Positions 20,551-29,673 of a DNA stretch of 64,000 nucleotides are shown here, one piece after another. Position 1 is the stretch's first letter; every line of letters starts with the position of its first letter. The notes under the pieces were generated by a model, which searched no databases, was not told the origin of the DNA, and saw nothing but the letters and a program-made list of their open reading frames with translations. Made by a program: the position numbers and the translations under genes. The stretch comes from a virus, in IMG/VR virus record IMGVR_UViG_3300035182_000466, positions 32,001 through 96,000 of that record. One strand, 5' to 3'.

Positions 20551-20610
20551 TTTTTATTATTGTTATGAGATGACTACACATGAAGTATATTACGTGTTAA
20601 AGGAGAAAAC

Positions 20611-21243
20611 ATGAGACTTAAATTTCGTAGAGGTAATTCTGCAAATCTTCCACAAGCAGCTGATTCTGGAGAACTGTTACTAGCTTTAGACACAAAGGAC
20701 ATATATCTTGGTAATGGAGATGGTTTTCCTTTATCTAAGATGACTGGTAAACCTCATGCAGATAGACACATTACTGGTGATGACGTAATACCAGTAGCTA
20801 CTACGTCTGAAGCAGGGCTTATGAGTTCAGCAGATAAGTCTAAACTAGATGGTATTGATGGGTCTGCTACTGTTTATGAGTTCGGGACAGGGACAACTAA
20901 GTCTTATGTAATAGCTACAGGTCAAGGAGTAACTTTAACTAAATCAACTAACTCAGCTGTTTTAAACGCTCCTGCCGGTGTAAGAATACTTGGAACTAGT
21001 ATTCACTTTGAGTCATCTGAAATCTCTGCCACTTCTATTACGATAGACTATACAAATTGTGGACTTGCACCTAACTCAAGCTATTCAAACATCTATGTAC
21101 CTCAGTTTCAAGTATGGCAAGATATATCTGGTAATAGAGCTTTTAAAACAGCTGTTGCAGGTCATTTAAATGCTGGAGCAGGTATATTAACCTTGACAAA
21201 CTTGACTGCAAGTCAAGCTATATGGATCAATATGTCATTCTAG
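20611..21243 (+). CDS. Small fibre-associated protein with Mtd_N-like N-terminus
   Basis: RLKFRRG...GELLLALDTKDIYLGNG; ATTSEAGLMSSADKSKLDGI fibre motif. Confidence 0.7.
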   Translation: MRLKFRRGNSANLPQAADSGELLLALDTKDIYLGNGDGFPLSKMTGKPHADRHITGDDVIPVATTSEAGLMSSADKSKLDGIDGSATVYEFGTGTTKSYVIATGQGVTLTKSTNSAVLNAPAGVRILGTSIHFESSEISATSITIDYTNCGLAPNSSYSNIYVPQFQVWQDISGNRAFKTAVAGHLNAGAGILTLTNLTASQAIWINMSF

Positions 21244-21264
21244 AGAAAATAAAGGTACACTTAT

Positions 21265-22674
21265 ATGGCCATGTTTAATGGACGATTAAATATTCAAAGC
21301 TACGAATTAATAGACATAGGTAAATTTAATTTAGTAGCTAATTTATCCGATAATTTTGGTATTTTTTATGCTACAGATGCTACTATCGGAAATATAATCT
21401 ATATTGATGCTTCCGGTTTTGGTTTAGGTATATTAAGATACAAAGTAATTGATATTGATTCAGTTAAAACCGATTTTGGCCTTTTATATTGCACTATACA
21501 ATGGGATCTTAGTACTGAGCCAGTCAAGCCAATTTCTGGAACAGATTGCTTTATAGGCTATAATGGACCTGGAGGAACAACTATACCTAGTTATGCAGCT
21601 CAAAGTTTTACAGAAGGTTTTATTTCACTAGTAATAAATATGGAAGCAGATATAATTGCTCGTCAAGAGGCAGCTCTTAAAGCTTCGGCTAGTCGTGATA
21701 TAGACGCAGAATCTACTGCACGCCAAGCTGCCGATGCTGTATTACAATCAAATATTGATGCTGAAACCATCGCACGTCAAACTGCCGATACTACACTTAC
21801 CTCAGGCTTAGCTGCTGAAGTAACTGCTCGTACTTCAGCAATAGTTAGTGTACAAGCTGCTATTAACGCTGAAGTTACAGCTCGTCAAACTGCTATTACA
21901 AACTTAATAAATGGAGCACCTAAAGCTCTCGATACACTTAAAGAAATTGCAGATATGATAGAAGCAGGTTCTACAGAAGCAACTGTTATCATTGCTTCTG
22001 TAACTGCCGAAACTACGAACCGTCAAGCTGCCGATGCTGTATTACAATCAAATATTGACGCAGAAGTAACAGCACGTAAAGCGGCTATTGATACTGAAGT
22101 TACTACAAGAGCTGCTGCCGATTCTGCTTTACAGACTGCTTTAGACGCAGAAGTAACTGCCAGACAAGATGCAATTATAGCACTTCAAGCTACTGCAAGA
22201 GCTGCTGCTGATGCATTATTACAAGCTGCCATTAACGCTGAAGCTACAGCTCGTACTTCTGCCGATGCTGTATTACAATCAAATATTGACGCAGAAGTAA
22301 TAGCACGTAAAGTTGCTGATGCTGCCTTCACAGGATCTTTAGGTGTTGAGCGTACTAGTAATGATTTCCATATTAAATTAGCTGCAAATTCTAAGCTTAC
22401 TACTACCGTTGATGGTTTAGCCATAGATAGTAGTGTAATGGCAATAGATCGTATGAAGTTCCGTGAGCCTGCAAATGGCAATTGTGATGGTATTAATACT
22501 ATCTTTACTTTAGGCTCTACACCAGTAGAAGATACTGAGCATGTATTCGTCAACGGTATTTTAAACGAGCCCGGTGTCGATAATGATTATACTATCTCTG
22601 GTGCTACTATTACTTTTAACACTGCTCCTTCATCAACTTCTCGTGTACGTGTTAGCTATGTATCCGTAGTATAA
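21265..22674 (+). CDS. Coiled-coil fibre protein with a C-terminal beta-domain
   Basis: E..AR.AAD..LQS.ID repeats; GAPKALDTLKEIA motif; C-terminal G..DG.NT.FTL...VFVNG...DYTISG..ITF..AP domain. Confidence 0.75.
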   Translation: MAMFNGRLNIQSYELIDIGKFNLVANLSDNFGIFYATDATIGNIIYIDASGFGLGILRYKVIDIDSVKTDFGLLYCTIQWDLSTEPVKPISGTDCFIGYNGPGGTTIPSYAAQSFTEGFISLVINMEADIIARQEAALKASASRDIDAESTARQAADAVLQSNIDAETIARQTADTTLTSGLAAEVTARTSAIVSVQAAINAEVTARQTAITNLINGAPKALDTLKEIADMIEAGSTEATVIIASVTAETTNRQAADAVLQSNIDAEVTARKAAIDTEVTTRAAADSALQTALDAEVTARQDAIIALQATARAAADALLQAAINAEATARTSADAVLQSNIDAEVIARKVADAAFTGSLGVERTSNDFHIKLAANSKLTTTVDGLAIDSSVMAIDRMKFREPANGNCDGINTIFTLGSTPVEDTEHVFVNGILNEPGVDNDYTISGATITFNTAPSSTSRVRVSYVSVV

Positions 22675-22737
22675 TAATAGATTTATAAGTAAGGGAGATG
22701 CCTTAACATGGCTCCATTATTTATAAAAGGAGAAAAA

Positions 22738-24267
22738 ATGAGAGAAGCGAGTAAGGCAATGAGTCGCCGAAGTGAGAGTGGGGAGTATACTGAGTATTTT
22801 AAAGGTAACGGAATTGATATTGGGTGTGGCAATGATAATATCATACAACACTCTAATAAATTTCCTAATATGCTATCCTGTATTGGATATGATCTACACC
22901 AAGGTGATGCTGAATTTTGTAGGAATATTATAGATCAATCATTTGATTTTTTACATGCTTCACATTGTTTAGAGCATTTAAAGAATCCAGAACGAGGCTT
23001 AAAGAACTGGATACGGATAGTTAAAACTGGTGGGTACTTAATAATAACTGTTCCTGATGAACAACTGTATGAAAAAGGTCACTGGCCGTCTATCTTCAAT
23101 TCACAACATCTATGGTCATTTAGATTTGGTAGATACAATGAACGAGTGTCTTCTATTGATGCTCTTACTTGGTTTGACAACTTTTTAGACGTTAAAGTAG
23201 TTTCTATAAAAAGAATAACAGATAATTATTATGATACTGAAGATGATCTAACCAAAAGGGAAGACATAAGTGTTGAGTGTGCTATAGAGATAGTATTGCA
23301 AAAAGTTGGTCATACTTATAAGCCTATTGCTAACTGGAGCCTAAATGGATTTTGCTTTATGTTAAATAGCCTGGCAATGGGGGATGTTATTGCAGCAGCA
23401 CCTGTTGTTAAATATATGATAGACACTTATTATACAGAACCTGACTCTTATTTAGTAGTAGCTAAAGAAATGTTTAGATCTATCTTTTGGTTTGTACCAG
23501 ATTCAAACTATCACAACTTTGAAGATAAAGCTAATGATTGGGGTATTCCAAAAGGCTGGGCAATAGGTGTGTTAAACCAGAAGAAAGAGCAAGGCACAGG
23601 TATAACTCGTAACACTCCAAAAGCTATACACTTATCACAATTTGCAGCAATGAAGATTTGTGATAAACTTTTAGATTTTGATAAACTTAATTATGTACCT
23701 TTACCTGAAGTAGATATAAGTCATTTTAATACTGATTTCAGTAATGCTGTTATTATAGTGTCAAGTTATCGGGATGAAACAAGGATGTGGAAGTCCGAAT
23801 ACATTTTAGAGGTAGCTGAATGGTTGAAGGAAAGAGGGTATCTTCCAGTATTCATTGGTAAAACTGATATGAATATGGATACACATTTAATTCCAAAAAC
23901 TTCATTGCCTTTAGATGTATCTGAATACGGACTGGATTTAAGAAATAAAACTTCTATACCTGAGCTAGCTTCTATAATGGCAAAAAGTAAAGCTGTAATT
24001 GGTTTAGACAGTGGTCCTATTCATCTAGCAGGTACAACTTGTACACCTATTGTTTGCGGATATACTTCTGTAGACCCTAAGTATAGAATACCTATTAGAT
24101 CAAAAGGAAATACATATACAGTATCATCCGATGTTCCCTGTAATTACTGTGAGTCTAATTGGGCTTCAAGTTTCTGGAATTATGAAAACTGCTATTTAGG
24201 AACTAATGAATGCTGTAATAAAATGACCGCAAATAGATTCATTGAAAAATTAGATATATTCTTATAA
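22738..24267 (+). CDS. Class I SAM methyltransferase fused to a GT9 (heptosyltransferase-like) glycosyltransferase
   Basis: Start reassigned to 22738 (AAGGAG). IDIGCG, HCLEH and GG.L.ITVPD (MTase); MGDVI...P and DSGPIHLA (GT9/RfaF-like). Confidence 0.85.
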   Translation: MREASKAMSRRSESGEYTEYFKGNGIDIGCGNDNIIQHSNKFPNMLSCIGYDLHQGDAEFCRNIIDQSFDFLHASHCLEHLKNPERGLKNWIRIVKTGGYLIITVPDEQLYEKGHWPSIFNSQHLWSFRFGRYNERVSSIDALTWFDNFLDVKVVSIKRITDNYYDTEDDLTKREDISVECAIEIVLQKVGHTYKPIANWSLNGFCFMLNSLAMGDVIAAAPVVKYMIDTYYTEPDSYLVVAKEMFRSIFWFVPDSNYHNFEDKANDWGIPKGWAIGVLNQKKEQGTGITRNTPKAIHLSQFAAMKICDKLLDFDKLNYVPLPEVDISHFNTDFSNAVIIVSSYRDETRMWKSEYILEVAEWLKERGYLPVFIGKTDMNMDTHLIPKTSLPLDVSEYGLDLRNKTSIPELASIMAKSKAVIGLDSGPIHLAGTTCTPIVCGYTSVDPKYRIPIRSKGNTYTVSSDVPCNYCESNWASSFWNYENCYLGTNECCNKMTANRFIEKLDIFL

Positions 24268-24312
24268 TAATAAGAAAGGATACTAGGTATTATATAGTAA
24301 AGTAAATGGCTT

Positions 24313-24355
24313 CTTCAGTCACTCTGAATATCCTAAGTACTCAGAGTGACTGAAG
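24313..24355. other. Strong intergenic inverted repeat (15-bp perfect stem)
   Basis: CTTCAGTCACTCTGA / TCAGAGTGACTGAAG with a 13-nt loop; no U-run follows. Confidence 0.6.
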
Positions 24356-24409
24356 TGCGCTCCTATTTATCTCTATCTATAAAAATATCTTAGAACTGGA
24401 GTCTATTCT

Positions 24410-24925
24410 ATGCAGAATTTAATTCTTAAACCTTTTGATATTGTAGCTGTAGATGGACAAAAGTATGTTCCTTACCATTGGCTAATTCAATGGAGAGGAT
24501 TAGATAAAGTAGTTCATTGTTTTCCTATTACTAAGGTACATGAAGATCCATTATTAACTGAAATTTGTGATATAGAATGCTCTGGATTAAAAAACTCTAA
24601 GCTATCTGAGTATATTGGAAGAAACATAAAAATATATAGATACAAATATGAACTTGATTATGAAAAATTATATAAATGGTTATACAGAACACAAACTACT
24701 AGCAAAGGTTATGACTTTATACAACAATATTTATTAGGTTTCATTCTTGGAATAGTAAATAAAAAATATGTGGATGATGATACTAGATGGACCTGTAGTG
24801 AATTATGTTATTGGCTATTTCAAGATAACCAGTATATACTTACTTCAAAAGAAGAAGTATTACCTATGCCAAGGCTCTTTGTTTACAGTAATGAATTTGT
24901 GAAAGTATACGAAGGCACACTATAA
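24410..24925 (+). CDS. Permuted papain-like amidase (YiiX/YaeF-type permuted NlpC/P60)
   Basis: PFDI...H near the N-terminus, GYD, and late catalytic CSEL: the His-before-Cys order of permuted NlpC/P60 enzymes. Confidence 0.7.
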   Translation: MQNLILKPFDIVAVDGQKYVPYHWLIQWRGLDKVVHCFPITKVHEDPLLTEICDIECSGLKNSKLSEYIGRNIKIYRYKYELDYEKLYKWLYRTQTTSKGYDFIQQYLLGFILGIVNKKYVDDDTRWTCSELCYWLFQDNQYILTSKEEVLPMPRLFVYSNEFVKVYEGTL

Positions 24926-24983
24926 TTACATAATTTATTTATATTATTATTATGATGATGGATATGAGTTACATGAGGTCAAA

Positions 24984-25349
24984 ATGAAAACCTATATACA
25001 TGGTAGTCAAATTTTAGATAAAACTATAGCAAAGGCATACATTGATACTATTACTCCAGGTAGTGCTTTAATAACTAAAGTGTTGCCAGGAGTAGGTGGT
25101 GTTACGCTTGAATCCTCAGGTATTGACGAAGGTACTGGAGATGTAACTATAAGTATCTCAGGATATGTTCATAATCAAATGTCTCCTTCCATTACTTGGA
25201 ATATATTTCATAACTTAGGTAAATTTCCTAGTGTATCTGTGGTAGATAGTGCAGGAACAATTGTATATGGTGATATAACTTATATAGATATAAATAATAT
25301 AAGCTTATCGTTTTCAGCCCCGTTTGCAGGTAAAGCGTACTTAAACTAA
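24984..25349 (+). CDS. Small virion/fibre protein
   Basis: H.Q..PS.TW.I.HNLG.FPSV.VVDS.G...G...Y.D.N...SFSAPFAGKAYLN motif common in phage fibre clusters. Confidence 0.7.
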   Translation: MKTYIHGSQILDKTIAKAYIDTITPGSALITKVLPGVGGVTLESSGIDEGTGDVTISISGYVHNQMSPSITWNIFHNLGKFPSVSVVDSAGTIVYGDITYIDINNISLSFSAPFAGKAYLN

Positions 25350-25361
25350 AGGAGAATTACA

Positions 25362-26780
25362 ATGCCAAAATTTTTAGCACCAGTAGATCTTAGTAGAAAT
25401 GAATTAAGAAACGCTGTAATTCAGAATCTAGCTTCTGCACCTAGTAGTCCAGTCGAGGGCCTAATTTATTTTGATACTGCTCAAAATAAGTTAGGCATTT
25501 ATTTAAGTGCAGCATGGCAGTATTTCGCTACTCTTTCAGAACTTTCGGAAAAAGCAAATTCTTCAGATGTATATACTAAGTCACAAATTGATACCTTTAT
25601 TTCCGGAGTTACTGGTGGAATGAATTATCAAGGTACTTGGAATGCAAACACTAACACTCCTACATTAGTTAGTGGTACCGGTACAAAAGGCTATTACTAT
25701 AAAGTGAGTTCTGCAGGCAATACAACTATTGATGGAAATAATAATTGGACAGCCGGAGATTTAATTGCGTATAATGGTACTACTTGGGATAAGATTGAAG
25801 GAGGAGCACCTGATGTTATTTCAGTAGCCGGTCGTATAGGTGCAGTTGTTTTAACTACTGCTGATGTTGCAGCTAGTCCTGATAAAAATTATGTTACAGA
25901 TGCACAAGCAACAGTAATTGGCAATACTTCTGGTACTAATACTGGTGATGAAACTACCGCTACTATCAAAACAAAATTGGGTATTACTACTCTTAGTGGT
26001 AGCAACACAGGTGATCAAACCATTACTCTTACAGGTGATGTTACCGGTACTGGTACAGGTTCATTTGCTACTACTATTGCAGCAGGTGCCGTAACCTTAG
26101 CTAAAATGGCAGATCTTGCCGCTAATTCTTTTATCGGTAACAATACTGGTTCTGCCACTACTCCTATTGCAATGACCGTTGCACAGGCAAAAACGTTGTT
26201 AGCAATAACAACATCTGATGTATCTGGTATCAATACAGTAGCAAAAGGTGGTACTGGTGTTGACACGTTGACTGGTTATGTAAAAGGTAATGGAACTAGT
26301 AACATGACTGCTAGTACAACAATTCCTATATCAGACTTAACTGGTACTCTTCCTGTAGCTAATGGTGGTACTGGTGCTACTACACTTACAGGATATTTAA
26401 AAGGCAATGGAACCTCAGCTGTAACCGCAGGAACTACAATTCCAGGTACAGATATTAGCGGGAATATCAGTGGTAATTCTGCAAACGTAACTGGAACAGT
26501 AGCTATAGCTAATGGTGGTACTGGAGCCACTACAGCAACAGCCGCACGTACTGCTTTAGGAGCTGTTGGTAAATATGCAGTGTCTATTGGTAACGGATCA
26601 TTAACTTCTTTTACCTTAGCACATTCATTAAATACTTTAGACGTAGCTGTAAGTATTTATGAAATATCTAGTGGTGCAAAAGTAGAAGTAGATATTAATC
26701 TAGTTGATGCTAACAACGTAACCGTAGCCTTTACTGTGGCTCCTACAACTAATCAGTATCGTGTAGTTATAGTAGGTTAA
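25362..26780 (+). CDS. Tail/appendage fibre protein
   Basis: YQGTWNANTNTP.L domain; repeated V(A)NGGTGATT; C-terminal H.LNT.DV.V...D.N.VTV.F domain related to the preceding gene. Confidence 0.75.
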   Translation: MPKFLAPVDLSRNELRNAVIQNLASAPSSPVEGLIYFDTAQNKLGIYLSAAWQYFATLSELSEKANSSDVYTKSQIDTFISGVTGGMNYQGTWNANTNTPTLVSGTGTKGYYYKVSSAGNTTIDGNNNWTAGDLIAYNGTTWDKIEGGAPDVISVAGRIGAVVLTTADVAASPDKNYVTDAQATVIGNTSGTNTGDETTATIKTKLGITTLSGSNTGDQTITLTGDVTGTGTGSFATTIAAGAVTLAKMADLAANSFIGNNTGSATTPIAMTVAQAKTLLAITTSDVSGINTVAKGGTGVDTLTGYVKGNGTSNMTASTTIPISDLTGTLPVANGGTGATTLTGYLKGNGTSAVTAGTTIPGTDISGNISGNSANVTGTVAIANGGTGATTATAARTALGAVGKYAVSIGNGSLTSFTLAHSLNTLDVAVSIYEISSGAKVEVDINLVDANNVTVAFTVAPTTNQYRVVIVG

Positions 26781-26791
26781 AACTTTAAATG

Positions 26792-26826
26792 AGGAAGAGT
26801 ATCAGGGAGAAAGAGGTACTCTTCCT
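26792..26826 (+). terminator. Intergenic hairpin
   Basis: AGGAAGAGTATC / GGTACTCTTCCT stem after the stop at 26780. Confidence 0.5.
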
Positions 26827-26841
26827 AATTAAGGATATAAA

Positions 26842-27318
26842 ATGGACGATAAACGGCAACGTACACTTAATGGTACACCTTATTCTATATCTGGTCATAA
26901 ACATGTTGTTTCAGATATAATTGATACAATAGCTCTTAGGGTTAAAAAGACAGCTAATCAAAGTATTAATGCAGCCACTAATACAAAAGTTATTTTCCCT
27001 GCGAAAGATTATGATATGGGTTCCTGTTGGGATACAACTTTAAGTAGATTTACTCCTCCTGCAAATCAGACTGTAGGTGTATATAGAGTAAGTTGTAGCT
27101 TAAAATTTGACTCAACAAAAGTAGCTAGGCTAATGATCTACATAAATGGATCTGAATATCAAAGACTTTGGGATAGTACGGTGTCTAATATCTGGATAGC
27201 AGGAACAACTGATATACAATTAAATACCAAAGACTATTTGGAAATATATGTATATACTTCTACTTCTGCTACAATATATGTAGCTAACTCAATATTAACT
27301 ATTTCTAGTATATTCTAA
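26842..27318 (+). CDS. C1q/TNF-like domain protein (fibre tip / receptor-binding candidate)
   Basis: KVIF...YD.G..WD.T.SRFT....GVY......IQLN..DYLEIYV pattern of C1q-like domains. Confidence 0.65.
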   Translation: MDDKRQRTLNGTPYSISGHKHVVSDIIDTIALRVKKTANQSINAATNTKVIFPAKDYDMGSCWDTTLSRFTPPANQTVGVYRVSCSLKFDSTKVARLMIYINGSEYQRLWDSTVSNIWIAGTTDIQLNTKDYLEIYVYTSTSATIYVANSILTISSIF

Positions 27319-27346
27319 TAAAATGTACTAATAGATGGTAGAAAGA

Positions 27347-27570
27347 ATGGATGATAAAAACAGTAAACACTTAATGGTGTACCTTATTTTACAAATAATT
27401 CATCAACATGGATATATAACAAATTCTGAAATTTATCTCCTTTCATGAATGACAACACTGATGTACAGTTAGACGCTAGTGATTATTTAGAGATTTAGAT
27501 CTACTGTAGTACTTCTTCTACAATATCAAATAGTAGAGATATAAACTTCTGTATATCTAGACTATATTAG
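27347..27570 (+). pseudogene. Decayed, internally deleted paralogue of the C1q-like gene 26842..27318
   Basis: The 5' part atggatgataaa...acacttaatggtgtaccttat aligns with the upstream gene's start but carries an indel and a stop. The 3' part reads TDVQLDASDYLEI*IYCSTSSTI versus TDIQLNTKDYLEIYVYTSTSATI. Confidence 0.75.
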
Positions 27571-27581
27571 GGAGACATTAT

Positions 27582-28343
27582 ATGTCTATTGATTACTTAT
27601 CTTGTGCTAAAATTCTTTATCCAGGCTTAACTGATACTGACTTAGTATTATCTAGTTTAGATGGAGAAACAATAACAATAACTTATTGGAATACTTCTTT
27701 TGGACCAGCTCCAACTTTATCTTATTTAGAAACTGCATATTTATCTGTAGTTAAAAATAGTAAGTTAAAAGAGTTTTCTGACTTAGTAGACTTAGAACTT
27801 AAAGAAGGCTCATTTGGATATACTACTCAAGGACTATCTTCTAATTTTAAAATGAATAGCTCTAGAGGAGACTTAGACAACCTAAAGAATCTTAATGATT
27901 ATCTTTGTTCAGCCATTCTTAACGTAATAAATAGCTCTGAGTGTCCTCCTCCCGGTACTATGGTTCGTGATTCTAGCACTGGTGCAGCAGGAACAATAGA
28001 AGCTATGATTCAACTTGGTGGAGACTTAGAACAGGGAACAGGAATATGCAATCTTTATTTATCAAAATGTTATGGCGTTTTTGATACAGGTAGTTTACTC
28101 ATACATACTACAGATATTCAGTTTTGTGAAGTAAACTCTGTTGTTAAAGAGAATGAAGCTAGTACTAAGGTACGTGATTTTAACAACCAGTTTCATGTAG
28201 TATCTCTAGCTGAACTTAATGCTATTATCCTGGAGCTTCGTGCTTATGGATTATGGCTGTTTAAACAAAAATGGGCTAAAGAAGTAGAGATAAATATGGC
28301 TACGAGTGTAGAACAAGTAGAAGCTATAAACTTTTGGACCTAA
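27582..28343 (+). CDS. Tail fibre assembly chaperone-like protein (XkdW-like N-terminus, DUF4376-like C-terminus) with an inserted domain
   Basis: LYP...I.YWN...PT...L N-terminus; RDFNNQFH.VS..EL...K...INMATSVEQVEAI.W C-terminus. Confidence 0.65.
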   Translation: MSIDYLSCAKILYPGLTDTDLVLSSLDGETITITYWNTSFGPAPTLSYLETAYLSVVKNSKLKEFSDLVDLELKEGSFGYTTQGLSSNFKMNSSRGDLDNLKNLNDYLCSAILNVINSSECPPPGTMVRDSSTGAAGTIEAMIQLGGDLEQGTGICNLYLSKCYGVFDTGSLLIHTTDIQFCEVNSVVKENEASTKVRDFNNQFHVVSLAELNAIILELRAYGLWLFKQKWAKEVEINMATSVEQVEAINFWT

Positions 28344-28346
28344 CCT

Positions 28347-29384
28347 ATGAAATATTTAATATTAGTATTATCAGTACTATTAGTTCCAACTTTTTGCTTT
28401 TCTGACTCTACTGTTAATCCTAAGCAACCTTATAAGGTTGCTACTATTATTTCATACACTTTAGAAAAATATTTAGATGAGAAGGAGTCCAGAGATAAAA
28501 CTCCTTTCATTAGGAATACTTTAAACAGTAAAGGAAATCTTAAATTTTGGTTTTTAAATTATTCTTTACTATTATCACAAGAAGAAATTAATCGTAGGAT
28601 AGACTTGTTGGATAAACAAGTAGAAAAATTTAATCCTGATATTATATTAGTTTATGGTGTAGTAGCTTTTGAACATTATTTAAGCTCTAAACTATATCCA
28701 AGAGGCTACACAAATACAATCTTTTATTGTATCCCTGATTATTATTATAGGGAATTAGCTTTAAAGTATCCTTATACCAAGTATAAAAAATTAATGAATG
28801 GTACTATCATAGATTATAACTTTAAGTTTATAAAAACCTTTTTAGCAGAGCGAGATGTTGTATATAAAAATATTTATGTTTTTAGAAATTCAAGATCTCC
28901 AGATAAAAATGTTATTTCAGATATAAAAGAGTATTTTCCTTCTGTAGAAGAGGTTATAGTTGATACAGATGAAGAATTAAAGTCCAAATTAGAATCTCTT
29001 CAAGATAAAGATGTTTCAATTTTAATATTTGTAGGAGCTTATCTTAAGTCAGTAAGTAATAACCGGTATATGATAGATTCTGAAATTGCAGATTTAATAA
29101 AACATTATAATAAGAAACATATAGAAATTTCTTTGTTGCGGAACTTAGCTAAATATGGAGTTTTATCATCCTATATTATTTTAAACACTAAAGATTTTTT
29201 ATTAGACCCTGAAGAAACTTGCAACAAGATATTTTATAGAAAGTATCATAAATTAGATATTCCTTTATCTGATCAAATAGGACATTTACAACCTTCATTA
29301 TTCTTAAATAATAACAGAGCTAAGGAATTAAAGCTAGATTTTATTTTAAATAAACCAGAGGGTATAGCAGATGTCTATTATTGA
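28347..29384 (+). CDS. Secreted/periplasmic substrate-binding-like protein (putative sensor)
   Basis: Signal peptide MKYLILVLSVLLVPTFCFS. KV..I.SY...PDIIL....AF...IF..I pattern recalls ABC_sub_bind-type periplasmic sensor domains. Confidence 0.5.
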   Translation: MKYLILVLSVLLVPTFCFSDSTVNPKQPYKVATIISYTLEKYLDEKESRDKTPFIRNTLNSKGNLKFWFLNYSLLLSQEEINRRIDLLDKQVEKFNPDIILVYGVVAFEHYLSSKLYPRGYTNTIFYCIPDYYYRELALKYPYTKYKKLMNGTIIDYNFKFIKTFLAERDVVYKNIYVFRNSRSPDKNVISDIKEYFPSVEEVIVDTDEELKSKLESLQDKDVSILIFVGAYLKSVSNNRYMIDSEIADLIKHYNKKHIEISLLRNLAKYGVLSSYIILNTKDFLLDPEETCNKIFYRKYHKLDIPLSDQIGHLQPSLFLNNNRAKELKLDFILNKPEGIADVYY

Positions 29385-29664
29385 TAAGATAAAATCCTTG
29401 GACAGAGTTTATATTATTTTAATAATAATGTCTTTATTATTAGCAGCATCTATTTTTTCTAACATAGAAAAATCTTTCTTTGTACCAAAAGAAGTAGACT
29501 CTGCTGTTTCTGAAAATCTTGGCAGTTATAAACTAGGAAAAGTGTGTTATGATAAACAAGGCTTAACTGTTTGCGAAGATATCGACTTAAAAGTATATAA
29601 AATTACCATGTATTCAGAAGGAGATAATTCTAATCTTCCTATTTTATATATAAAACTTAAGTAG
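29371..29664 (+). CDS. Small single-pass membrane protein
   Basis: Hydrophobic stretch VYIILIIMSLLLAASIF; overlaps the upstream gene by 14 nt. Confidence 0.6.
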   Translation: MSIIDKIKSLDRVYIILIIMSLLLAASIFSNIEKSFFVPKEVDSAVSENLGSYKLGKVCYDKQGLTVCEDIDLKVYKITMYSEGDNSNLPILYIKLK

Positions 29665-29673
29665 GAGTAATTT

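Noticed and set aside
24268-24409. c-di-GMP riboswitch in an intergenic region
   Set aside because: No GEMM-type GGCAAAC...GAAA...GACGCAAAG pattern is visible here or in the other gaps. An Rfam scan is still needed to be sure.
27490-27500. In-frame TAG suggesting stop-codon recoding (code 15)
   Set aside because: Very long ORFs are intact in code 11 and many genes end in TAG right before the next RBS. This TAG is a pseudogene lesion.
1132-27570. Diversity-generating retroelement, suggested by Mtd_N-like domains and a non-coding near-copy of a tip gene
   Set aside because: There is no reverse transcriptase or avd in the window. The copy at 27347-27570 differs at all base types and has indels, unlike an adenine-specific TR/VR pair.
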